A DNA stretch of 27,428 bases from a virus (Duplodnaviria; Heunggongvirae; Uroviricota; Caudoviricetes). Below, in pieces: positions 19,276 to 27,428 of this stretch. The DNA lies in IMG/VR virus record IMGVR_UViG_2802429253_000015, one strand, 5' to 3'. Made by a program: the position numbers and the translations under genes. How positions within the stretch are numbered: position 1 is the first letter of the stretch; each line of letters starts with the position of its first letter. Below the pieces are notes generated by a model that was not told the DNA's origin, made no database searches, and saw only the letters and a program-made list of their open reading frames with translations.

Positions 19276-20301
19276 ATGTCGATGTACACAACCGCCCAGC
19301 TGCTGGCGGCAAATGAGCAGAAATTTAAGTTTGATCCGCTGTTTCTGCGTCTCTTTTTCCGTGAAAGCTATCCCTTCACCACGGAGAAAGTCTACCTCTC
19401 ACAAATTCCGGGACTGGTAAACATGGCGCTGTACGTTTCGCCGATTGTTTCCGGTGAGGTTATCCGCTCCCGTGGCGGCTCCACCTCTGAATTTACGCCG
19501 GGATATGTCAAACCCAAGCATGAAGTGAATCCGCAGATGACCCTGCGTCGCCTGCCGGATGAAGATCCGCAGAATCTGGCGGACCCGGCTTACCGTCGCC
19601 GTCGCATCATCATGCAGAACATGCGTGACGAAGAGCTGGCCATTGCCCAGGTGGAAGAGATGCAGGCAGTTTCTGCCGTGCTTAAGGGCAAATACACCAT
19701 GACCGGTGAAGCCTTTGATCCGGTTGAGGTGGATATGGGGCGCAGTGCGGCGAACAACATCACACAGTCCGGTGGCACGGAGTGGAGCAAGCGTGACAAG
19801 TCCACGTATGACCCGACCGACGATATCGAAGCCTATGCGCTGAACGCCAGCGGTGTGATTGATATCATCGTGTTTGATCCGAAAGGCTGGGCGCTGTTCC
19901 GTTCCTTCAAAGCCGTCAAGGAGAAGCTGGATACCCGTCGCGGCTCTCATTCCGAGCTGGAGACAGCGGTAAAAGACCTGGGCAAAGCGGTGTCTTATAA
20001 GGGAATGTATGGCGATGTGGCGATCGTCGTGTATTCCGGACAGTACGTGGAAAACGGCGTCAAAAAGAACTTCCTGCCGGACAACACGATGGTGCTGGGT
20101 AACACTCATGCACGCGGTCTGCGCACCTATGGCTGTATTCAGGATGCGGATGCATTGAGTGAGGGTATTAATGCGTCTCCCCGTTATCCGAAAAACTGGA
20201 AGACATCCGGCGATCCGGCGCGAGAGTTCACCATGATTCAGTCAGCACCGCTGATGCTGCTGGCTGACCCTGATGAGTTCGTGTCCGTACAACTGGCGTA
20301 A
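19276..20301 (+). CDS. E: Major capsid protein E (341 aa)
   Basis: MSMYTTAQLLAANEQKFKFDPLFLRLFFRESYPF... is lambda gpE; start at the internal ATG of the track ORF. Confidence 0.95.
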   Translation: MSMYTTAQLLAANEQKFKFDPLFLRLFFRESYPFTTEKVYLSQIPGLVNMALYVSPIVSGEVIRSRGGSTSEFTPGYVKPKHEVNPQMTLRRLPDEDPQNLADPAYRRRRIIMQNMRDEELAIAQVEEMQAVSAVLKGKYTMTGEAFDPVEVDMGRSAANNITQSGGTEWSKRDKSTYDPTDDIEAYALNASGVIDIIVFDPKGWALFRSFKAVKEKLDTRRGSHSELETAVKDLGKAVSYKGMYGDVAIVVYSGQYVENGVKKNFLPDNTMVLGNTHARGLRTYGCIQDADALSEGINASPRYPKNWKTSGDPAREFTMIQSAPLMLLADPDEFVSVQLA

Positions 20302-20303
20302 TC

Positions 20304-20327
20304 ATGGCCCTTCGGGGCCATTTTCTC
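20304..20327 (+). terminator. Palindromic hairpin ATGGCCC-ttcg-GGGCCAT followed by a T-rich tract between E and FI
   Basis: Perfect 7-bp stem with 4-nt loop, then TTTTCTCTCT. It shows the ATG at 20304 in the ORF track is not the FI start. Confidence 0.4.
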
Positions 20328-20342
20328 TCTGTGGAGGAGTCC

Positions 20343-20741
20343 ATGACGAAAGATGAACTGATTGCCCGTCTTCGCTCGCTGGGTGAGCAACTGAACCGTG
20401 ATGTCAGCCTGACGGGGACGAAAGAAGAACTGGCGCTCCGTGTGGCAGAGCTGGAAGAGGAGCTTGATGACACGGATGACACTGCCGGTCAGGACACCCC
20501 TCTCAGCCCGGAAAATGTGCTGACCGGGCATGAAAATGAGGTGGTATCAGCGCAGCCGGATACCGTGATTCAGGATATGGCTGAACTGGTCACGGTTGTG
20601 GCACTGGTGACGCTGCATACCGATGCACTTCACGCCACGCGGGATGAACCTGTGGCATTTGTGCTTCCGGGAACGGCGTTCCGTGTCTCTGCCGGTGTGG
20701 CAGCTGAAATGACAGAGCGCGGCCTGGCCAGAATGCAATAA
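20343..20741 (+). CDS. FI: DNA packaging protein FI (132 aa)
   Basis: GGAGG upstream; MTKDELIARLRSLGEQLNRDVSLTGTKEELALRVAELEEELDD... is lambda gpFI. Confidence 0.9.
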   Translation: MTKDELIARLRSLGEQLNRDVSLTGTKEELALRVAELEEELDDTDDTAGQDTPLSPENVLTGHENEVVSAQPDTVIQDMAELVTVVALVTLHTDALHATRDEPVAFVLPGTAFRVSAGVAAEMTERGLARMQ

Positions 20742-20752
20742 CGGGAGGCGCT

Positions 20753-21106
20753 GTGGCTGATTTCGATAACCTGTTCGATGCTGCCATTGCCCGCGCCGAT
20801 GAAACGATACGCGGGTACATGGGAACGTCAGCCACCATTACATCCGGTGAGCAGTCCGGCGCAGTAATACGTGGTGTTTTTGATGACCCTGAAAATATCA
20901 GCTATGCCGGACAGGGCGTGCGCGTTGAAGGCTCCAGCCCGTCCCTGTTTGTCCGGACTGATGATGTGCGGCAGCTGCGGCGCGGCGACACGCTGACCAT
21001 CGGTGAGGAAAACTTCTGGATAGACCGGATTTCGCCGGATGATGGCGGAAGCTGTCATCTCTGGCTTGGGCGGGGCGTACCGCCTGCCGTTAACCGTCGT
21101 CGCTGA
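20753..21106 (+). CDS. FII: Head-tail connector protein FII (117 aa), GTG start
   Basis: GGGAGG upstream; MADFDNLFDAAIARADETIRGYMG... is lambda gpFII. Confidence 0.95.
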   Translation: MADFDNLFDAAIARADETIRGYMGTSATITSGEQSGAVIRGVFDDPENISYAGQGVRVEGSSPSLFVRTDDVRQLRRGDTLTIGEENFWIDRISPDDGGSCHLWLGRGVPPAVNRRR

Positions 21107-21117
21107 AAGGAGGAGGT

Positions 21118-21696
21118 ATGTCCATAAAAGGTCTTGAGCAGGCCGTTGAAAATCTCAGCCGTATCAGCAAAACGGCGGTGCCCGGTGCCGCCGCAATGGC
21201 CATTAACCGTGTTGCTTCATCCGCGATATCGCAGTCGGCGGCACAGGTTGCCCGTGAGACAAAGGTACGCCGGAAACTGGTAAAGGAAAGGGCCAGGCTG
21301 AAAAGGGCCACGGTCAAAAACCCGCAGGCCAGAATCAAGGTTAACCGGGGGGATTTGCCCGTAATCAAGCTGGGTAATGCGCGGGTTGTCCTGTCCCGAC
21401 GCAGGCGACGTAAAAAGGGGCAGCGTTCATCCCTGAAAGGTGGCGGCAGCGTGCTTGTGGTGGGAAACCGTCGTATTCCCGGCGCGTTTATTCAGCAACT
21501 GAAAAATGGCCGGTGGCATGTCATGCAGCGTGTGGCCGGGAAAAACCGTTACCCCATTGATGTGGTGAAAATCCCGATGGCGGTGCCGCTGACCACGGCG
21601 TTTAAACAGAATATTGAGCGGATACGGCGTGAACGTCTTCCGAAAGAGCTGGGCTATGCGCTGCAGCATCAACTGAGAATGGTAATAAAGCGATGA
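21118..21696 (+). CDS. Z: Tail assembly/completion protein Z (192 aa)
   Basis: GGAGG upstream; lambda gpZ sequence and length. Confidence 0.95.
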   Translation: MSIKGLEQAVENLSRISKTAVPGAAAMAINRVASSAISQSAAQVARETKVRRKLVKERARLKRATVKNPQARIKVNRGDLPVIKLGNARVVLSRRRRRKKGQRSSLKGGGSVLVVGNRRIPGAFIQQLKNGRWHVMQRVAGKNRYPIDVVKIPMAVPLTTAFKQNIERIRRERLPKELGYALQHQLRMVIKR

Positions 21697-22088
21697 AACA
21701 TACTGAACTCCGTGCAGCCGTACTGGATGCACTGGAGAAGCATGACACCGGGGCGACGCTTTTTGATGGTCGCCCCGCTGTTTTTGATGAGGCGGATTTT
21801 CCGGCAGTTGCCGTTTATCTCACCGGCGCTGAATACACGGGCGAAGAGCTGGACAGCGATACCTGGCAGGCGGAGCTGCATATTGAAGTTTTCCTGCCTG
21901 CTCAGGTGCCGGATTCAGAGCTGGATTCGTGGATGGTGTCCCGGATTTATCCGGTGATGAGCGATATCCCGGCACTGTCAGATTTGATCACCAGTATGGT
22001 GGCCAGTGGCTATGACTACCGGCGCGACGATGATGCGGGCCTGTGGAGTTCAGCCGATCTGACTTATGTCATTACCTATGAAATGTGA
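21693..22088 (+). CDS. U: Tail terminator protein U (131 aa)
   Basis: ATGA overlap with Z; lambda gpU sequence and length. Confidence 0.95.
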   Translation: MKHTELRAAVLDALEKHDTGATLFDGRPAVFDEADFPAVAVYLTGAEYTGEELDSDTWQAELHIEVFLPAQVPDSELDSWMVSRIYPVMSDIPALSDLITSMVASGYDYRRDDDAGLWSSADLTYVITYEM

Positions 22089-22095
22089 GGACGAT

Positions 22096-22836
22096 ATGCC
22101 AACACCAAATCCTCTGGCACCGGTGAAAGGGGCCGGAACCACCCTGTGGGTTTATAAGGGGAACGGTGACCCTTATGCGAACCCGCTTTCAGACGTTGAC
22201 TGGTCGCGTCTGGCAAAAGTTAAAGACCTGACGCCCGGCGAACTGACCGCTGAGTCCTATGACGACAGCTATCTCGATGATGAAGATGCGGACTGGACTG
22301 CGACCGGGCAGGGGCAGAAATCTGCCGGAGATACCAGCTTCACGCTGGCGTGGATGCCCGGAGAGCAGGGGCAGCAGGCGCTGCTGGCGTGGTTTAATGA
22401 AGGTGATACCCGTGCCTATAAAATCCGCTTCCCGAACGGCACGGTCGATGTGTTCCGTGGCTGGGTCAGCAGTATCGGTAAGGCGGTGACGGCGAAGGAA
22501 GTGATCACCCGCACGGTGAAGGTCACCAATGTGGGACGCCCGTCGATGGCTGAAGATCGCAGTACGGTGACGGCGGCAACCGGCATGACGGTAACGCCAG
22601 CCAGTGCTTCCGTAGTGAAAGGGCAGAGCACCACGCTGACCGTGGCATTCCAGCCGGAAGGCGTAACCGACAAGAGCTTCCGTGCGGTGTCTTCGGATAA
22701 AACAAAAGCCACCGTGTCGGTCAGTGGTATGACCATCACCGTGAACGGTGTTGCTGCAGGCAAGGTCAACATTCCGGTCGTATCCGGTAATGGTGAACTT
22801 GCTGCGGTTGCAGAAATTACCGTCACCGCCAGTTAA
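22096..22836 (+). CDS. V: Major tail tube protein V (246 aa) with C-terminal Ig-like domain
   Basis: [22 protein letters not shown]... is lambda gpV; start at the internal ATG of the track ORF. Confidence 0.95.
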   Translation: MPTPNPLAPVKGAGTTLWVYKGNGDPYANPLSDVDWSRLAKVKDLTPGELTAESYDDSYLDDEDADWTATGQGQKSAGDTSFTLAWMPGEQGQQALLAWFNEGDTRAYKIRFPNGTVDVFRGWVSSIGKAVTAKEVITRTVKVTNVGRPSMAEDRSTVTAATGMTVTPASASVVKGQSTTLTVAFQPEGVTDKSFRAVSSDKTKATVSVSGMTITVNGVAAGKVNIPVVSGNGELAAVAEITVTAS

Positions 22837-22851
22837 TCCGGAGAGTCAGCG

Positions 22852-23274
22852 ATGTTCCTGAAAACCGAATCATTTGAATATAACGGCGTGACCGTCACGC
22901 TTTCTGAACTGTCAGCCCTGCAGCGTATTGAGCATCTTGCCCTGATGAAACGGCAGGCAGAACTGGCGGGATCCGACAGCAACCGGCTGGTTACTGTGGA
23001 AGACGTCATCAGAACCGGCGCGTTTCTGGTGGCGATGTCCCTGTGGCATAACCATCCGAAGAAGACGCAGATGCCGTCCATGAATGAGGCCGTTAAACAG
23101 ATTGAGCAGGAAGTGCTTACCACCTGGCCCACAGAGGCAATTTCTCATGCTGAAAACGTGGTGTACCGGCTGTCCGGTATGTATGAGTTTGTGGTGAATG
23201 ATGCCCCTGAACAGGCAGAGGACGCCGGGCCTGCAGAGCCTGTTTCTGCGGGAAAGTGTTCGACGGTGAGCTGA
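22852..23274 (+). CDS. G: Tail assembly chaperone G (140 aa)
   Basis: Lambda gpG sequence; the slippery heptamer G_GGA_AAG lies at 23250-23256 near its 3' end. Confidence 0.95.
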   Translation: MFLKTESFEYNGVTVTLSELSALQRIEHLALMKRQAELAGSDSNRLVTVEDVIRTGAFLVAMSLWHNHPKKTQMPSMNEAVKQIEQEVLTTWPTEAISHAENVVYRLSGMYEFVVNDAPEQAEDAGPAEPVSAGKCSTVS

Positions 23275-23690
23275 GTTTTGCCCTGAAACTGGCGCGTGAG
23301 ATGGGGCGACCCGACTGGCGCGCCATGCTTGCCGGGATGTCATCCACGGAGTATGCCGACTGGCACCGCTTTTACAGTACCCACTATTTTCATGATGTTC
23401 TGCTGGATATGCACTTTTCCGGGCTGACGTACACCGTACTCAGCCTGTTTTTCAGCGATCCGGATATGCATCCGCTGGATTTCAGTCTGCTGAACCGGCG
23501 TGAGGCTGACGAAGAGCCTGAAGATGATGTGCTGATGCAAAAAGCGGCAGGGCTTGCCGGAGGCGTCCGCTTTGACCCGGACGGGAATGAAGTTATCCCC
23601 GCTTCCCCGGATGTGGCGGGCATGACGGAGGATGACGTAATGCTGATGACAGTATCAGAAGGGATCGCAGGAGGAGTCCGGTATGGCTGA
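22852..23690 (+). CDS. T: Tail assembly chaperone G-T fusion made by programmed -1 ribosomal frameshift at GGGAAAG (23250-23256)
   Basis: The -1 frame from 23256 is open to 23690 (VFDGELSFALKLAREMGRPDW...) and overlaps the H start; canonical lambda G-T arrangement. Confidence 0.85.
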
Positions 23691-26283
23691 ACCGGTAGGC
23701 GATCTGGTCGTTGATTTAAGTCTGGATGCGGCCAGATTTGACGAGCAGATGGCCAGAGTCAGGCGTCATTTTTCCGGTACGGAAAGTGATGCGAAAAAAA
23801 CAGCGGCAGTCGTTGAACAGTCAATGAACCGGCAGGCGCTGGCTGCACAGAAAGCGGGGATTTCCGTCGGGCAGTATAAAGCCGCCATGCGTATGCTGCC
23901 TGCGCAGTTCACCGACGTGGCCACGCAGCTTGCAGGGGGGCAGAACCCGTGGCTCATCCTGCTGCAACAGGGCGGTCAGGTGAAGGACTCTTTCGGCGGT
24001 ATGATCCCCATGTTCAGGGGGCTTGCCGGTGCGATCACCCTGCCGATGGTCGGTGTCACCTCGCTGGCGGTGGCGACAGGTGCGCTGGCGTATGCCTGGT
24101 ATCAGGGGGACTCAACCCTGTCCAGTTTCAATAAAACGCTGGTCCTTTCCGGTAATCAGGCAGGACTGACGGCAGATCGTATGCTGGTCCTGTCCAGAGC
24201 CGGGCAGGCGGCAGGGCTGACGTTTAACCAGACCAGCGAGTCACTGACGGCGCTGGTGAATGCCGGTGTGCGTGGTGGTGAGCAGTTTGAGGCGATCAGC
24301 CAGAGTGTGGCGCGTTTCTCCTCTGCATCCGGCGTGGAAGTGGACAAGGTCGCTGAAGCCTTCGGGAAGCTGACCACAGACCCGACGTCAGGGCTGACAG
24401 CGATGGCACGTCAGTTCCATAACGTGACGGCGGAGCAGATTGCGTATGTTGCTCAGTTGCAGCGTTCCGGAGATGAAGCCGGGGCATTGCAGGCGGCGAA
24501 CGAGGCCGCAACGAAAGGGTTTGATGACCAGACCCGTAAACTGAAAGAGAACATGGGCACGCTGGAGACCTGGGCAGACAGGACAGCGCGGGCATTCAAA
24601 TCCATGTGGGATTCGGTGCTGGATATTGGTCGCCCGGACACAGCCCAGGAAATGCTGGAGAAAGCAGAAAAGGCTTTTGATGAGGCGGACAAAAAATGGC
24701 AGTGGTATCAGAGCCGGAGCCACCGACGCGGTAAAACCTCAGCATTTCTTGCCAATCTCCGGGGAGCATGGGAGGACAGAGCGAATGCGCAACTTGGGCT
24801 TTCAGCCGCCACGTTGCAGGCCGATCTTGAAAAGGCCAGAGAGATGGCAGCAAAGGACTGGGCCGACTCTGAGGCATCACGGCTGAAATATACCGAAGAG
24901 GCGCAGAAGGCTTACGAACGTCTGCAGACGCCGCTGGAGAAATATACCGCCCGTCAGGAAGAACTGAATAAGGCACTGAAAGACGGGAAAATCCTGCAGG
25001 CAGATTACAACACGCTGATGGCGGCGGCGAAAAAGGATTATGAAGCGACGCTGAAAAAGCCGAAACAGTCCGGCGTGAAGGTGTCTGCGGGAGAGCGTCA
25101 GGAAGATCGAGCACATGCAGCTCTTCTTGCGTTACAAGCTGAACTAAAAATGCTTGAGCAGCATAGCGGAGCGAATGAAAAAATCAGCCAGCAGCGCCGG
25201 GATTTGTGGACAGCCGAAAGCCAGTATGCCGTGTTGCATGAGAAGTTGTCTGCTGACGTTCTGGATGGACAGAAGAAATCGCTAAGTATCGAGGAAAAAT
25301 CTCTTCTTGCTCATGAAAAAGAGACGCTGGAGTACAAACGTCAGCTGGCTGAACTTGGCGATAAGGTTGAACACCAGAAACGGCTGAACGAACTGGTACA
25401 GCAGGCGGATAAATTCGCACAGCAACAACGGGCAAAACGGGCAGCCATTGAGGCGAAAAGCCGGGGACTGACTGACCGGCAGGCAGCGCGGGAAGCCATG
25501 GAACAGCGCCTGAAGGAACAGTATGGCGATAATCCGCTGGCGCTGAATAACGTCATGTCAGAGCAGAAAAAGACCTGGGCGGCTGAAGACCAGCTTCGCG
25601 GGAGCTGGATGGCAGGCCTGAAGTCCGGCTGGAGTGAGTGGGAAGAGAGCGCCACGGACAGTATGTCGCAGGTTAAAAGTGCAGCCACGCAGACCTTTGA
25701 TGGTATTGCACAGAATATGGCGGCGATGCTGACCGGCAGTGAACAGAACTGGCGCAGCTTCACCCGCTCCGTGCTGTCCATGATGACAGAAATTCTGCTT
25801 AAGCAGGCAATGGTGGGGATTGTCGGGAGTATCGGCAGCGCCATTGGCGGTGCTACCGGTGGCGGCGCATCCGCGTCAGGCGGTACAGCCATTCAGGCCG
25901 CTGCGGCGAAATTCCATTTTGCGACCGGGGGATTTACGGGAACCGGCGGCAAATATGAGCCAGCGGGGATTGTTCACCGTGGTGAATTTGTCTTCACGAA
26001 GGAGGCAACCAGCCGGATTGGCGTGGGGAATCTCTACCGGCTGATGCGCGGCTATGCCACCGGCGGTTATGTCGGTACACCGGGCAGCATGGCAGACAGC
26101 CGGTCGCAGGCGTCCGGGACGTTTGAGCAGAATAACCATGTGGTGATTAACAACGACGGCACGAACGGGCAGATTGGACCACAGGCGCTGAAGGCTGTGT
26201 ATGACATGGCCCGCAAGGGTGCCCGTGATGAAATTCAGGCACAGATGCGTGATGGTGGCTTGTTCTCCGGAGGTGGACGATGA
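23683..26283 (+). CDS. H: Tail tape measure protein H (866 aa)
   Basis: ATG overlaps the T-frame end; long alpha-helical protein with a glycine-rich C-terminal region; lambda gpH-like. Confidence 0.95.
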   Translation: MAEPVGDLVVDLSLDAARFDEQMARVRRHFSGTESDAKKTAAVVEQSMNRQALAAQKAGISVGQYKAAMRMLPAQFTDVATQLAGGQNPWLILLQQGGQVKDSFGGMIPMFRGLAGAITLPMVGVTSLAVATGALAYAWYQGDSTLSSFNKTLVLSGNQAGLTADRMLVLSRAGQAAGLTFNQTSESLTALVNAGVRGGEQFEAISQSVARFSSASGVEVDKVAEAFGKLTTDPTSGLTAMARQFHNVTAEQIAYVAQLQRSGDEAGALQAANEAATKGFDDQTRKLKENMGTLETWADRTARAFKSMWDSVLDIGRPDTAQEMLEKAEKAFDEADKKWQWYQSRSHRRGKTSAFLANLRGAWEDRANAQLGLSAATLQADLEKAREMAAKDWADSEASRLKYTEEAQKAYERLQTPLEKYTARQEELNKALKDGKILQADYNTLMAAAKKDYEATLKKPKQSGVKVSAGERQEDRAHAALLALQAELKMLEQHSGANEKISQQRRDLWTAESQYAVLHEKLSADVLDGQKKSLSIEEKSLLAHEKETLEYKRQLAELGDKVEHQKRLNELVQQADKFAQQQRAKRAAIEAKSRGLTDRQAAREAMEQRLKEQYGDNPLALNNVMSEQKKTWAAEDQLRGSWMAGLKSGWSEWEESATDSMSQVKSAATQTFDGIAQNMAAMLTGSEQNWRSFTRSVLSMMTEILLKQAMVGIVGSIGSAIGGATGGGASASGGTAIQAAAAKFHFATGGFTGTGGKYEPAGIVHRGEFVFTKEATSRIGVGNLYRLMRGYATGGYVGTPGSMADSRSQASGTFEQNNHVVINNDGTNGQIGPQALKAVYDMARKGARDEIQAQMRDGGLFSGGGR

Positions 26284-26609
26284 AAACCTTCCGCTGGAAA
26301 GTGAAACCCGGGATGGATGTGACATCGGCTCCTTCCGTCAGGGAGGTGCGCTTTGGTGATGGCTATTCCCAGCGTGCGCCTGCCGGGCTGAACGCTGACC
26401 TGAAAACGTACAGCGTGACGCTTTCTGTTCCCCGTTGGGAGGCCACGGCGCTGGAGTCGTTTCTGGCTGAGCACGGGGGCTGGAAGGCCTTTCTGTGGAC
26501 GCCGCCTTATGGTTACAGGCAGATAAAGGTGACCTGCGCAAAATGGTCGTCGCAGGTCAGTATGTTGCGTGTTGAGTTCAGCGCAGAGTTTAAACAGGTG
26601 GTGAACTGA
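26280..26609 (+). CDS. M: Tail tip protein M (109 aa)
   Basis: ATGA overlap with H; MKTFRWKVKPGMDVTSAPSVREVRFGDGYSQRAP... is lambda gpM. Confidence 0.95.
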   Translation: MKTFRWKVKPGMDVTSAPSVREVRFGDGYSQRAPAGLNADLKTYSVTLSVPRWEATALESFLAEHGGWKAFLWTPPYGYRQIKVTCAKWSSQVSMLRVEFSAEFKQVVN

Positions 26610-27307
26610 TGCAGGATATCCGGCAGGAAACACTGAATGAATGCACCCGTGCGGAGCAGTCGGCCAGCGTGGTGCTCTGGGAAATCGATCTGACAGAGGT
26701 CGGTGGAGAACGTTATTTTTTCTGTAATGAGCAGAACGAAAAAGGTGAGCCGGTCACCTGGCAGGGGCGGCAGTATCAGGCGTATCCCATTCAGGGGAGC
26801 GGTTTTGAACTGAATGGCAAAGGCACCAGTACGCGGCCCACGCTGGCAGTCTCTAACCTGTACGGCATGGTCACCGGTATGGTGGAAGATATGCAGAGTC
26901 TGGTCGGCGGAACGGTGGTCCGGCGTAAGGTTTACGCCCGTTTTCTGGATGCGGTGAACTTCGTCAACGGAAACAGAGACGCCGATCCGGAGCAGGAGGT
27001 GATCAGCCGCTGGCGCATCGAGCAGTGCAGCGAACTGAGCGCAGTCAGTGCCTCTTTTGTACTGGCCACGCCAACGGAAACGGATGGCGCTGTTTTTCCG
27101 GGGCGTATCATGCTGGCCAACACCTGCACCTGGACCTATCGCGGTGATGAGTGCGGTTATAACGGTCCGGCTGTTGCGGATGAATATGACCAGCCGACGT
27201 CCGATATCACGAAGGATAAATGCAGCAAATGCCTGAGCGGCTGTAAGTTTCGCAATAACGTCGGCAACTTTGGCGGCTTCCTTTCCATTAACAAACTTTC
27301 GCAGTAA
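26609..27307 (+). CDS. L: Tail tip protein L (232 aa)
   Basis: TGATG overlap with M; lambda gpL sequence with its C-terminal cysteine cluster (CSKCLSGCKF). Confidence 0.95.
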   Translation: MQDIRQETLNECTRAEQSASVVLWEIDLTEVGGERYFFCNEQNEKGEPVTWQGRQYQAYPIQGSGFELNGKGTSTRPTLAVSNLYGMVTGMVEDMQSLVGGTVVRRKVYARFLDAVNFVNGNRDADPEQEVISRWRIEQCSELSAVSASFVLATPTETDGAVFPGRIMLANTCTWTYRGDECGYNGPAVADEYDQPTSDITKDKCSKCLSGCKFRNNVGNFGGFLSINKLSQ

Positions 27308-27351
27308 ATGTAATGAACGCATCCCCAATCATCAAATCCGGAGCGCGGTGA

Positions 27352-27428
27352 TGGATGGGGAGAATATCGGGAAGGTGTGGAACCTGGCAGATTTCCGGCA
27401 TCATAGTGCCCAATACGGGATGCAGAAA
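27352..27428 (+). CDS. Possible 5' end of the next tail gene (K homolog expected here), running off the window
   Basis: Open frame from ATG 27352 to the window edge (MDGENIGKVWNLADFRHHSAQYGMQK...); in lambda, K follows L after a short gap. The start is not verified. Confidence 0.25.

Noticed and set aside
23766-26633. Many minus-strand and alternative-frame ORFs inside the tape measure gene H and M (e.g. 24596-25114, 25341-25892, 25876-26325, 26235-26633)
   Set aside because: The H coding strand is GC- and Ala/Gly-rich, which creates long stop-free antisense frames; none has start signals.
26513-27328. 271-aa minus-strand ORF antisense to L
   Set aside because: Antisense to the lambda-like L gene; no ribosome-binding site; rejected in favour of L.

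Overview
This window is a lambdoid prophage segment of E. coli/Shigella type, read in the late-gene direction, and it is mosaic. From left to right: (1) the 3' end of an IS3-family element (1-~677) that has cut into a prophage gene; (2) a block of small nin-region-like genes (835-2354), including a DUF551-type protein; (3) an addiction/moron cluster: a Hok-family type I toxin gene missing from the ORF track (2816-2971) and an AT-rich hicA-hicB operon carrying a translationally coupled third gene for an acidic 138-aa protein of unknown function (3200-4330); (4) a YdfU-like DUF968 protein and the late antiterminator Q (4710-6525); (5) a 3.6-kb AT-rich moron region between Q and the lysis genes, with divergent cold-shock paralogs (cspF-like, cspB-like), small ORFs and three intrinsic terminators; (6) a phage-21/DLP12-type lysis cassette (dual-start pinholin, SAR endolysin, Rz with embedded Rz1), with an unexplained ~0.85-kb insert between holin and endolysin; (7) a lambda-type cos site; and (8) an essentially lambda-like head and tail morphogenesis operon (Nu1, A, W, B, C/Nu3, D, E, FI, FII, Z, U, V, G/G-T, H, M, L), running off the right edge before K. 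I found no tRNA genes, CRISPR arrays or stx genes. The best candidates for something undescribed are the three-gene hicAB-plus-acidic-protein operon, the holin-endolysin insert, and a set of very small ORFs with good ribosome-binding sites. All family assignments rest on reading the translations and on recalled protein families; no database search was run.
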